This document shows, in pieces, positions 55,925 to 64,000 of a DNA stretch of 64,000 bases. The notes beneath the pieces are model-generated. The model ran no database searches, was not told the origin of the DNA, and worked only from the letters and a program-made list of their open reading frames with translations. Location: positions 1 through 64,000 of the IMG/VR virus record IMGVR_UViG_3300047168_000120; one strand, 5' to 3'. Within the stretch, counting starts at the first letter, position 1, and each line of letters opens with the position of its first letter. Origin of the DNA: a virus. Both the position numbers and the translations under genes were made by a program.

Positions 55925-57835
55925 ATGCCGCAGGACAAAGGCGCGCCGAACGGCCCGAAACTTACCCCGGGCGCGGTTCTGAGCGAAATCCCCAAATTCG
56001 TGATCAACCAGGCCATGAGCATGCTTGGTGTGCGCCGGGCGCCGCTGGCGCCGCCGTTGCCGCCCCGGCAAGCCTCGCCCGGGACCGTCCCGCAGCTCTC
56101 GGACCCGAACCAACCCGTGCCTGAGCAATTCCAGGGCGAGCTGAACACCCTGCAGCGCTTCAATAACCGGGTGCGGCGCGAACCGTGGTTCGGGCCATCC
56201 GTCCCGCAGAAGGGCATCGCACCGCGCGGGGACGTGGCGGGCCGCACCAATAACTATCCCGTTGCCTACAACCTTTCCCTTACGCCGCGGCAGTATGAGC
56301 CGGTCAGCTTCAACATGCTGCGCGGCCTATATGAGGGCCTCGACCTGGCCAAGATATGCGTAGCCACGCGCAAAAACCAAATGGCGAAGCTGTCTTTCGA
56401 GATCATGCCCCGGATGGAGCCGGGCCAGAACGTCAGGCGCAAGGATGACCCGCGCTGCAAGATGTTGGAGGATTTCTTGCGCTCCCCCGACCGTATCCAC
56501 TCCTGGGATACTTGGATGCGCATGCTGCTCGAGGAGATGATGGTCATCGACGCGCCGGCCATCTACGTGCGCCGTACGCTGGGCGGCGACGTCTACGCCC
56601 TGGAAATCATCGACGGGGCTACTATCATCCCCCGCATTGACGCGCTCGGCCGCACGCCCGCCCCTCCGGAAGTGGCTTACACCCAAATCCTGCACGGCAT
56701 TCCGGCAGTCAATTACACGACGGACGAGCTGATCTATTTCCCGCGGAACCTCCGCGCCGGCCGGGTCTACGGCAAGAGCGAGATCGAGCAGATCTTGATG
56801 ACGATCCAGATCGCCATCCGCCGCGACATCAACAAGCTGCAGTTCTGGACGGAGGGCAACATCCCTGACGCGCTGATCGGCGTGCCGGCGGACTGGACGC
56901 CGGAACAGATCGACCGCATGCAGCAGATGTTCGATGCCTGGACGACGGATCAGGCAAATCGGCGCAAGGCCTATTTCATCCCGGGCGGCACGTCCTACAA
57001 TCCGACCCGGCCCGCCCAAACGCTCGACCCGCAGCAGGATGAGTGGCTGGCCCGCGTCATTACCTATGCCTTCAACCTGCCCAATCTGCCGCTGGTCGCG
57101 CAGCAAAACCGCGCAACAGCTGAAACAGCGAATGATGCCGGCCTGCGCGAGGGCCTGGCGCCGGTCATAGTCTGGCTCAAAGGCCTCATGGACCTGATCA
57201 TCGAGAAGTATTTCGGCTTCTCCGATATCGAATGGATTATGGACGATTACCGGGAGGAAGACCCGGATCAGCTCTCTGAGCGCCAACTGGCCGAAGTCCG
57301 CACCGGCGCGCTCTCCCTGGACGAATACCGGGCGGAACGTGGCCTGGAAGCCATCGGCATGGGCCCGGCGATTTTTGGCATCGGCCCGCTCGGCATCATG
57401 TTCGTAGAGGATCTGCTCAAGGCGCAGAAGATGGGCCTGATGATGCCGCAGGTCCAAGCGCCGCCCGACGCCGGCATGGGTGGAGCGATGTCGCCGTACG
57501 ATGCCCCAGCTGGGCCCGGCGGTGGGGCCGCAGGTGGCGCCGCGGGAGCGCCAATGCTCGGCGGACCGGGTAATCCCGGCGCCGGAGGCGCTGGCAAGCT
57601 TATCGCCTTCCCGTCGCCAGCCGCAGGGGGCGGCCGCACAATTGCCCGCCCAGCCATGCCAAGTATCGCCAATGCCAGCATGGCGCAGATTTCACCCGCC
57701 CTGCTCTCGGCCGTTGGTCTCACGCCTGACTATAAGAAGGTCGCGCGCCCGGTTGGCAAAACATCGAAGGCAGGCCCTCCTGTGGTGCTCGATACCCTTG
57801 CGCATCACGAAAATCGCTTCAAGAAAAAAGCATGA
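55925..57835 (+). CDS. Portal protein
   Basis: VIDAPAIY..LEIIDGATI..ELIY.PRN..YGKSEIE..GNIPD..SLDEYRAERGLE; downstream of terL. Confidence 0.85.
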   Translation: MPQDKGAPNGPKLTPGAVLSEIPKFVINQAMSMLGVRRAPLAPPLPPRQASPGTVPQLSDPNQPVPEQFQGELNTLQRFNNRVRREPWFGPSVPQKGIAPRGDVAGRTNNYPVAYNLSLTPRQYEPVSFNMLRGLYEGLDLAKICVATRKNQMAKLSFEIMPRMEPGQNVRRKDDPRCKMLEDFLRSPDRIHSWDTWMRMLLEEMMVIDAPAIYVRRTLGGDVYALEIIDGATIIPRIDALGRTPAPPEVAYTQILHGIPAVNYTTDELIYFPRNLRAGRVYGKSEIEQILMTIQIAIRRDINKLQFWTEGNIPDALIGVPADWTPEQIDRMQQMFDAWTTDQANRRKAYFIPGGTSYNPTRPAQTLDPQQDEWLARVITYAFNLPNLPLVAQQNRATAETANDAGLREGLAPVIVWLKGLMDLIIEKYFGFSDIEWIMDDYREEDPDQLSERQLAEVRTGALSLDEYRAERGLEAIGMGPAIFGIGPLGIMFVEDLLKAQKMGLMMPQVQAPPDAGMGGAMSPYDAPAGPGGGAAGGAAGAPMLGGPGNPGAGGAGKLIAFPSPAAGGGRTIARPAMPSIANASMAQISPALLSAVGLTPDYKKVARPVGKTSKAGPPVVLDTLAHHENRFKKKA

Positions 57836-57941
57836 AATCCTGCAATATCAACATTAAGAACGCATCGCTTGATTCAGATTGTGAAGCATTCCCGGCGCGC
57901 GCAAAAACCCCAGACTGGTTGAATGAGGACCACCAATCCAG

Positions 57942-59912
57942 ATGAGCTCAACCACCTTCGATGCCTCACACCATCCCCGTGGCGACCATGGCCGGTTCGC
58001 TTCGGCGCGCGGAAGGGCTGCGATCATCAATGCGGTGCCGGCGGTGCGGTATCACACCGGGCCGAGCCTGGGCGCGCCGCGGCTGGCCGAGCGATCACCT
58101 GGCCCGGGGATTGAGCGGCGCAGCCTGACGCGGGGCGAGGCGTGGCAGCGCATCGGCAATAAAATCAATGCTTTGCCGGTGCATTATACGGGCGAGAAGA
58201 CGATGGAACGTCCCGTCGGCACCTATCTGCACCTGACGCTCGATAGCCAGATCCCGAAGACGATGTCCGTGCAGGATCATCAGGCGCGGGTGAAGCGCTT
58301 CATCCAGTTGGCCAAGGACAAGCGCAAGGAGATCATGGATGGCGCCGAGAAAGCGCGCGTCGGCAAGAAGCACGTCTATCTCAAGGCGTCAGAGCCGGCG
58401 AGCGGCGGCGTGGATCGCTGGCGCATGAAGCCGGACAAATATCCGGAAGGCACTTCGAAGGCGACGCTGCACCGGGCGTACAACCATGCCGCGCTGCTGG
58501 CGATGCATGATCGCGGCTTGGCGGATTACGACTTCAAGATGGATGACGCGCTGAAGGACGAGCTGAAGCCGACCGAGCCATTCATTCGATATGCGCGGCA
58601 ACGCCTTAATAATGAAGCAGATATCGCCATGCAGGGTGAGCGCCGGCCATACGTCCAGGCGTTCGGCAAGCCGTTCGCGGATCTGCGCACGGACAAAACC
58701 ACCGGCGAGGTAAGGCGCCGCCTGCGGCCAAACCAGCAGCTGATCAAGGCAGCACCGCGGCTGAAGGCGGCCGGCTTGATGCTGATGCACGGTCCCAGCG
58801 ATTCCCCCAAGATTCTCTTGCTGAAGCGCGCCAGTGGTGGTGATCACCAGGGCGAATGGTGCTTCCCAGGCGGCAAGATCGAGCCCGGCGAGACGCCGCG
58901 CCAGGCCGCAATCCGGGAAACGCGGGAAGAAATCGGCCCGGTTGCGCATGGTCGTCCCCAGATGTGGGCGCGGCGCATCGCCGGCGGGGTGGATTTTACA
59001 ACCTTCGCGGCCCGCGTCCCGACAGCCTATGAGCCGGTGCTGAACGACGAGCATTCCGACTGGAAATGGGCGAGCCCCGATGATCTGCCCAGCCCAATGC
59101 ATCCCGGCTGCGCGGTCGCGATCGACAAGCTCGCGCATCGGTCGAAAGGTATGGTGCTGGGGAAAGCCTCACCTTTCGGCGGGTTTCGTCAGGCGGTACG
59201 CAACGGCATGGCGCGCGCGGCGACGAGCCTGGATTCCGCCTTCGCGCCAGAGGCCGCTTCCCGCAGTGTTTTCGAAAGGGTGAATGGATTATCTGAAAAG
59301 GTGCGGCAATTCACCGGCTCCAAAGCGCCGCACACCACCGGCTTTTCGGCATACACAGCGGGACGCTGGACGGCGAGCAACGCAAGGGCGTTATTCCGCC
59401 AACCGGTTCAAACTGGCAAAAAGTTTGTGAGGCATAGCGCGCAAATCGGTGCTGGTTTCGGGCATGGCATATCTGATGAATTTGGCGGTTCCCCGCGGAC
59501 GCGCCGCGTCGCCGGCCGGATTGGCGCGGCTGTGGGGGCTATCAAATTGCCGGTGGTGGCCGGCGCCATCGCCGCGAAGCCGATCTCGATGGCCTATCAC
59601 GAATTTGGCGGCGGGGCTGACAATCAGCCCAAAAACCAGTCAGCCAAACTCGCAAAGTCTTTTGACGAAACCAAGCATCGGCGCAGCCATACGGGCGAAT
59701 TCATCGCTGGCGCGGCCGCCGTTGCGGGAACGGGGGGCGCTATCGCGGCTGCCCCTGTAGTGGACAGGCACGTCAAAGCGCTGGGCCGGAAACGATATCG
59801 CCGAGACGTTAAAGCGCTGAAAGCGGCCGGCGGCCAGGTAATGTATCGCGGAGCGCCTGCACCCGACCCCAAACCAATCCAAGCCAAATCTAGCCAATAT
59901 CTGCTAAAATGA
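57942..59912 (+). CDS. Multi-domain putative head protein containing a NUDIX hydrolase
   Basis: FPGGKIEPGETPRQAAIRETREEIG NUDIX box; FD..HPR..GRF motif near the N-term and a similar motif near the C-term. Confidence 0.75.
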   Translation: MSSTTFDASHHPRGDHGRFASARGRAAIINAVPAVRYHTGPSLGAPRLAERSPGPGIERRSLTRGEAWQRIGNKINALPVHYTGEKTMERPVGTYLHLTLDSQIPKTMSVQDHQARVKRFIQLAKDKRKEIMDGAEKARVGKKHVYLKASEPASGGVDRWRMKPDKYPEGTSKATLHRAYNHAALLAMHDRGLADYDFKMDDALKDELKPTEPFIRYARQRLNNEADIAMQGERRPYVQAFGKPFADLRTDKTTGEVRRRLRPNQQLIKAAPRLKAAGLMLMHGPSDSPKILLLKRASGGDHQGEWCFPGGKIEPGETPRQAAIRETREEIGPVAHGRPQMWARRIAGGVDFTTFAARVPTAYEPVLNDEHSDWKWASPDDLPSPMHPGCAVAIDKLAHRSKGMVLGKASPFGGFRQAVRNGMARAATSLDSAFAPEAASRSVFERVNGLSEKVRQFTGSKAPHTTGFSAYTAGRWTASNARALFRQPVQTGKKFVRHSAQIGAGFGHGISDEFGGSPRTRRVAGRIGAAVGAIKLPVVAGAIAAKPISMAYHEFGGGADNQPKNQSAKLAKSFDETKHRRSHTGEFIAGAAAVAGTGGAIAAAPVVDRHVKALGRKRYRRDVKALKAAGGQVMYRGAPAPDPKPIQAKSSQYLLK

Positions 59913-62344
59913 CGACTGAACTGTCAGCCGCCCAGCTGCAGGAACGGCGCGACGCGGCGCGCGCCAGATGGGCGAAAGCGCGCGAGGCAGCCGCGGCCGC
60001 CGGCGGAGCGATAGCAGGCGGGGCTGCCGGTGCGGCGGGCGCGGAACAAATTGGGAACATCGCTCGGAATCGCCTTGTTCGGCCCGCCCGAGCAGTGCTC
60101 GACCCTCTTCGTTCAGCCATAGAAGATAACAAGCGAAAACAATCGTTTATCGATCAACGCGCACAGAGAGCCAAATCCGGCGTGCGTTCCGATAGCAATT
60201 TTCTTTCTACCGCTCGGCGAGCGTACGAAATAAAGTTTCGCGTTGCGGCCAGGGCGGCCCGCCGTTTGGCGGAACACCAGGCAGTCAATTCCGAGACATA
60301 TTTCGATTCCACCAGCGGGGAAACGGCGCAGGCAACGCTTGACCTGCCGGGTGAGACTCGGCTGCGCGAGGTAGCGGCGGCGGTAGGGGCTGATCAGGCG
60401 CAGCGTTTCCGTGCCGCCGCCGATGATCTCCGCGAAAACGGCCGCAATTCAAGGAAAGTGCCGCGCGCCGGATCGATCCAGTTGCCAAAAAAGGACAGCT
60501 TCAGCAGGACGATCATCGGCAAAGCCGAGCTCAAGCTATCGAGCAAGACCAAGGACTATCTGCGCGAGGTATTCGCGGCTGATGCTGCGCAGCGCGCCGC
60601 CGGCGGCACAGAGTTGTCTCATTTCGACGAGCTGGGCATCAAATCGATCGATCAGCTGCAGCAACGCTTCCGTGAGTTGTCACCGGATGACCGTAAGGGC
60701 TTCGCGCAATATCTGAAGCTGGAAGCCAGCCTGCCGAACATCACCTTGCGCCGCCAGAAAAAGACGGTCGACGTGCAGAATTCCAGCCGCGTCGTTCCGC
60801 CTCATACGACCACGGTACCGGGCTATCCATCCGACAAAACCCGCAAAGCAATGCGGGCCGAACTGCTGGGCGACATCACCGCGCGGCACCGCGAGCTTTC
60901 GGCAGTCCAGCAAGCCCGCGCGGACGCCGAAATCGGCCCGGCACGCGCGCGTGCCCAGACGGCGGCCCGCGCGCTGCGGTGGTTGCGCCCCGGATCAGTG
61001 GCGCGGCGCGGCCTGGTCGGCGCCGGGCTGAGCGCCGGCGTGCTGGCGGGAGCATTCGCCGCGGCGCGGGCTGAGCGCGAGATCGAGCACAGGTTCGTGG
61101 AATCCCCCGATAAGTTGACAAAGTCAGGCCCCGAGTTGACCAACTACCCGTCCTACTTGGCCAACTCGCGCCTCCAGTTGACGAAGGCGGATCAGTCCAC
61201 CGGTGACGAAGACGCTCAAAACCAGGGTGATCCGGCTCAAAAACCGCGCCAGCGCCTCACCACCGCGCATCGCCTGTTGAACGCGGCGCAGGACATTGAG
61301 AACGGCCTTGCCGAAGGCGTGGGGCGCGCATTCGCGTCCTGGAAGGACGCGGCGACACCGGAAGCGATTGCGGATCCCGAGGCGCAGGGTTCGCTGTTCG
61401 ACCAGCTCGATGAGCCGCTCAACGACGGGATGGCGCGGCTGGACGACGCCACAGTCGCCGGCCTGACCGCGCCGACGCGGATTCAGCCGCCGCAGACCGA
61501 GCGCGACACCTCGGAACCAAAGCCGCGGCTGGTAAGTTTCGGCTTCAATCTGCGTTCCCCGGCCACCGAAAAATACGCCAGGCAATACCGCTATTCCCGG
61601 GTGCGGGAGATCACGGACCGGCAGCGCCAGAACATCCGGCAGATCATCATAGCATCGACCCGAAGCGGCGATCCCCCTGCCCTCACCGCGCGCCGCATCC
61701 GCGATGTCATCGGCCTGACAGCCAACCAGGCCGCGATCGTGGCCAATTACCGCGCAGCACTGGAGGCTAATGACCCGCGCGCCGCCACCTATGCGCTGCG
61801 GGATCGCCGCTTCGACAGGACCATCAACGCCGCGATCGAGGCCAAGAAGCCACTGCACGAGCAGGTGATCGACAAACTGGTCGACGCCTATCAGCGCCGC
61901 TTCCTGGCGTACCGCGCCATGACGATCGCGCGCACGGAGAGTCTTCGCGCCGCCAACAACGGCCATGTGCAGGCTGTGACCAAATGGCTGGCGGATCACC
62001 CCGACTATACGGTGGCCAAGACCTGGATATCGACCGAGGACGAGCGCACCCGGCCGGATCACGTGGGGCTGCACCGCCAGACCGTGATCGGGCTGCAGAC
62101 CCCGTTCGTCTGCGATAGCGGCGAGACGATCCGCTGGCCGCATGACCCCTTGGGCGCGGCCAAAGAGGTGATCAATTGCCGCTGTACCTTCATGACGGTG
62201 CTGATCCCGCGCAGTGCGGCGGCGCGGCATGGTCAAGCCGCCTACGGCACGCCGTTCCCGAATTTCTGGTCAGGTCCGCGAGAGCCGTACGACATCGAGA
62301 GTCCGGACGATCTTTTCGGGAATCCCGCGCTGGAACCTGCGTAG
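59909..62344 (+). CDS. Minor head protein (MuF / SPP1 gp7-like) with a long N-terminal extension
   Basis: RAMTIARTE..KTW..DERTRPDH..PHDP..EVINCRC. Confidence 0.85.
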   Translation: MTTELSAAQLQERRDAARARWAKAREAAAAAGGAIAGGAAGAAGAEQIGNIARNRLVRPARAVLDPLRSAIEDNKRKQSFIDQRAQRAKSGVRSDSNFLSTARRAYEIKFRVAARAARRLAEHQAVNSETYFDSTSGETAQATLDLPGETRLREVAAAVGADQAQRFRAAADDLRENGRNSRKVPRAGSIQLPKKDSFSRTIIGKAELKLSSKTKDYLREVFAADAAQRAAGGTELSHFDELGIKSIDQLQQRFRELSPDDRKGFAQYLKLEASLPNITLRRQKKTVDVQNSSRVVPPHTTTVPGYPSDKTRKAMRAELLGDITARHRELSAVQQARADAEIGPARARAQTAARALRWLRPGSVARRGLVGAGLSAGVLAGAFAAARAEREIEHRFVESPDKLTKSGPELTNYPSYLANSRLQLTKADQSTGDEDAQNQGDPAQKPRQRLTTAHRLLNAAQDIENGLAEGVGRAFASWKDAATPEAIADPEAQGSLFDQLDEPLNDGMARLDDATVAGLTAPTRIQPPQTERDTSEPKPRLVSFGFNLRSPATEKYARQYRYSRVREITDRQRQNIRQIIIASTRSGDPPALTARRIRDVIGLTANQAAIVANYRAALEANDPRAATYALRDRRFDRTINAAIEAKKPLHEQVIDKLVDAYQRRFLAYRAMTIARTESLRAANNGHVQAVTKWLADHPDYTVAKTWISTEDERTRPDHVGLHRQTVIGLQTPFVCDSGETIRWPHDPLGAAKEVINCRCTFMTVLIPRSAAARHGQAAYGTPFPNFWSGPREPYDIESPDDLFGNPALEPA

Positions 62345-62386
62345 TTTTGGCGACCAAGAGCGGTCACAATAAATTCGCTTGCAGCG

Positions 62387-62438
62387 AAACACATTTTAAT
62401 GTGTTATTGCCCAACCTTAAACACATAGGAGTGTGAAT
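62387..62438. promoter_or_regulatory. Two tandem operator copies upstream of 62441
   Basis: AAACACAT-TTTA-ATGTGTTA and AAACACAT-AGGA-GTGTGAAT (the second overlaps the RBS). Confidence 0.65.
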
Positions 62439-62440
62439 CT

Positions 62441-62890
62441 ATGCCCCAAGACATTTCGTGGCTCTGGCACCAGGTCGATCCGGCCGTTACCCTTTTCTTG
62501 GCCGGCCTGTTCGGTTTCATCACCAAAGCTGGCAACGCCTTCCTGGTGCAGCACAAGCTAAGCGCGGCCCAGGATGACTTCGACCAGGCGATGGTCCACG
62601 GCGATGCGCTGATTCTGGCCTGGTGGAAATCGCTCGAGGCGCACAATTCGATCGTGACGATCCCGGAGGGTATTCTATCCGACGTCGCCAGCAAGGTTCT
62701 GGCCCTCGCGCCAGCAGCCGAAGCGGTTCTTAAGCTCACGCCCGATACGATTGGTTCGATCCTCCAGGCGAACCTTACGAAATACCTGCACTGGTCGCTG
62801 ACGATGATGACGCCGATGACAGGCATTGCGCCCGCAGCCGCGCCCGCAGCCGCGCCTGCGCCGGCCACTGACGCCCCCGCCGCCACCTAA
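62441..62890 (+). CDS. Membrane protein (holin-like candidate)
   Basis: AGGAG RBS; N-terminal hydrophobic helix. Confidence 0.5.
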   Translation: MPQDISWLWHQVDPAVTLFLAGLFGFITKAGNAFLVQHKLSAAQDDFDQAMVHGDALILAWWKSLEAHNSIVTIPEGILSDVASKVLALAPAAEAVLKLTPDTIGSILQANLTKYLHWSLTMMTPMTGIAPAAAPAAAPAPATDAPAAT

Positions 62891-62952
62891 TCCGCAGCCG
62901 CCCGGTTCCCGATGTGAAAGTCGGGGCCGGGCCTTTTTTTGGAGATTCCCCA

Positions 62953-63425
62953 TGAAAACGTCACGTCGCCGCTATCTCATGGCCGCCGCCGCCTTTATGC
63001 CGACCGCCCTGGTTGCGGTGGGCTGCAGCAATACGTCCGCCACAATCCCGGCCAGCCTGGCGAATGCGCAGGCCGAGGCTAACGCCCTCCTGCAAGCCTT
63101 CACCGAGCTGGCGTCGTTCGTGCCCGGCACGCCGGCGATTTCATCGGCCCTGGCGATCGCCAAGGATGCCGTTTCCGTCTTCACCGCCATTCCCGCCGGT
63201 GGCTCATACCTGGCGGCCGCGAAGGACGTCATCGCCGCGCTAAGCCCGCTGATCGCCCTCATTCCTATGGGCGCGCCGACGCTGCTTGCTGTCAATGCCG
63301 GCATTGGGCTGATCACCGCGCTGCTCAACGGTGTGTCCGCCGTTCCCGCGCCGGGCGCCAGCCCATCACTCGGCGCGACCACGAATGTGATCGCAGCGCC
63401 AATCGCCATTCCGGTGATTTCGTAA
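62953..63425 (+). CDS. Putative lipoprotein
   Basis: MKTSRRRYL (Tat-like)..LVAVGC lipobox. Confidence 0.6.
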
Positions 63426-63697
63426 TGCGCGGCGGCAGCCCGCGCAGCGCGGCGCTGAGCGCCAGCGCCGTGTTGATCTCGCTCATGGACAGCCTGCCGA
63501 TGGGAGCTCTGCTTCCAATTCGCGCGAGCAGGGGCCATTTCAGCGGCGGCGGCAAGAAATCGATGCTGTCGCCGCGGCGCACATTGCGGCCGATGACGGA
63601 GAAAGAACGCGAATGGATGCGCGGCGGTCTCAAGCCCGGCAGCAGGGAACGCTGCCGACGCGCGCCGAATCATCCCAGCAACCAAAAGGCGGCCTAG
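63425..63697 (+). CDS. Hypothetical protein
   Basis: TAATG overlap; fills the gap to the next gene. Confidence 0.35.
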   Translation: MRGGSPRSAALSASAVLISLMDSLPMGALLPIRASRGHFSGGGKKSMLSPRRTLRPMTEKEREWMRGGLKPGSRERCRRAPNHPSNQKAA

Positions 63698-63699
63698 CC

Positions 63700-64000
63700 G
63701 TGGATTTCGGCCAGGCTCTCCATTTTCTCCGGAACGGCAAACGCGTCGCGCGCGCAGGCTGGAACGGCCAGAACATGTTCCTTTTGTTGGTGCCGGGCAG
63801 CACGTTCAAGGTGAATCGCCCACCGCTGCTCGGTATTTATCAGGAACCCTTCCGTGGTCCGCATCTGGAAGAGCTTATCGATATGAAGACGGCGCAGGGG
63901 TATGTGGTTCCCTGGCTGGCTTCGCAGTCTGACCTGCTGACGGATGACTGGGTCGAAGTTACCGATGAAACGGCCAAGCCAGAGCCTGCCGCGTCATCGG
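63700..64000 (+). CDS. DUF2829 / Tad2-like (Thoeris anti-defence 2 family) protein; runs off the window and is not in the ORF track
   Basis: MDFGQALHFLRNGKRVARAGWNGQNMFLLLVPGS..IDMKTAQGYVVPWLASQSDLLTDDW. Confidence 0.8.
   Translation, partial: MDFGQALHFLRNGKRVARAGWNGQNMFLLLVPGSTFKVNRPPLLGIYQEPFRGPHLEELIDMKTAQGYVVPWLASQSDLLTDDWVEVTDETAKPEPAASS

Noticed and set aside
1-64000. Diversity-generating retroelement explaining the duplications
   Set aside because: No reverse transcriptase recognised, and the repeats show no adenine-specific mismatches.

Overview
The whole window looks like one temperate, lambda-tail-type phage genome segment, probably from an Alphaproteobacterial host (inferred from DnaB, CtrA-like, GcrA-like and RcGTA spike-base-like genes). 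It is in the excised/attP configuration, with phage genes on both sides of the att core. Gene order: tail module (two tail-tube paralogues, frameshifted chaperone, tape measure with a lytic transglycosylase motif, two gpM paralogues, gpL, gpK, fused gpI-gpJ; 1-17.7 kb); lysis genes; two tRNAs; attP made of the 5' half of tRNA-Ser plus integrase/excisionase (20.7-22.2 kb); leftward early/recombination genes (22-31 kb); an array of small accessory genes each separated by a conserved double-hairpin element (31-38.4 kb); replication; a cro/cI-like switch; then a rightward terS...terL, portal and head-accessory region. The standout is at 47.96-50.86 kb, between terS and terL. A nuclease-less IS110/Nop-like gene is flanked by about 22 stem-loop units with the fixed core CCN-N9-(T/C/A)G-N4-CCN-N9-(T/C/A)G, matching a stem-loop TIGR-Tas (TasA-type) RNA-guided system. 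Its arrays are overlaid by a chain of translationally coupled ORFs. Other highlights: 19 copies of a hammerhead-core-like intergenic element, a genome-wide 20-bp operator, a tRNA-dependent-lysogeny layout, and a 41-bp exact duplication inside a DUF2829/Tad2-like gene. Protein-family calls come from motif recognition by eye; no database searches were run. No major capsid or prohead protease gene was recognised, so these probably lie outside the window.
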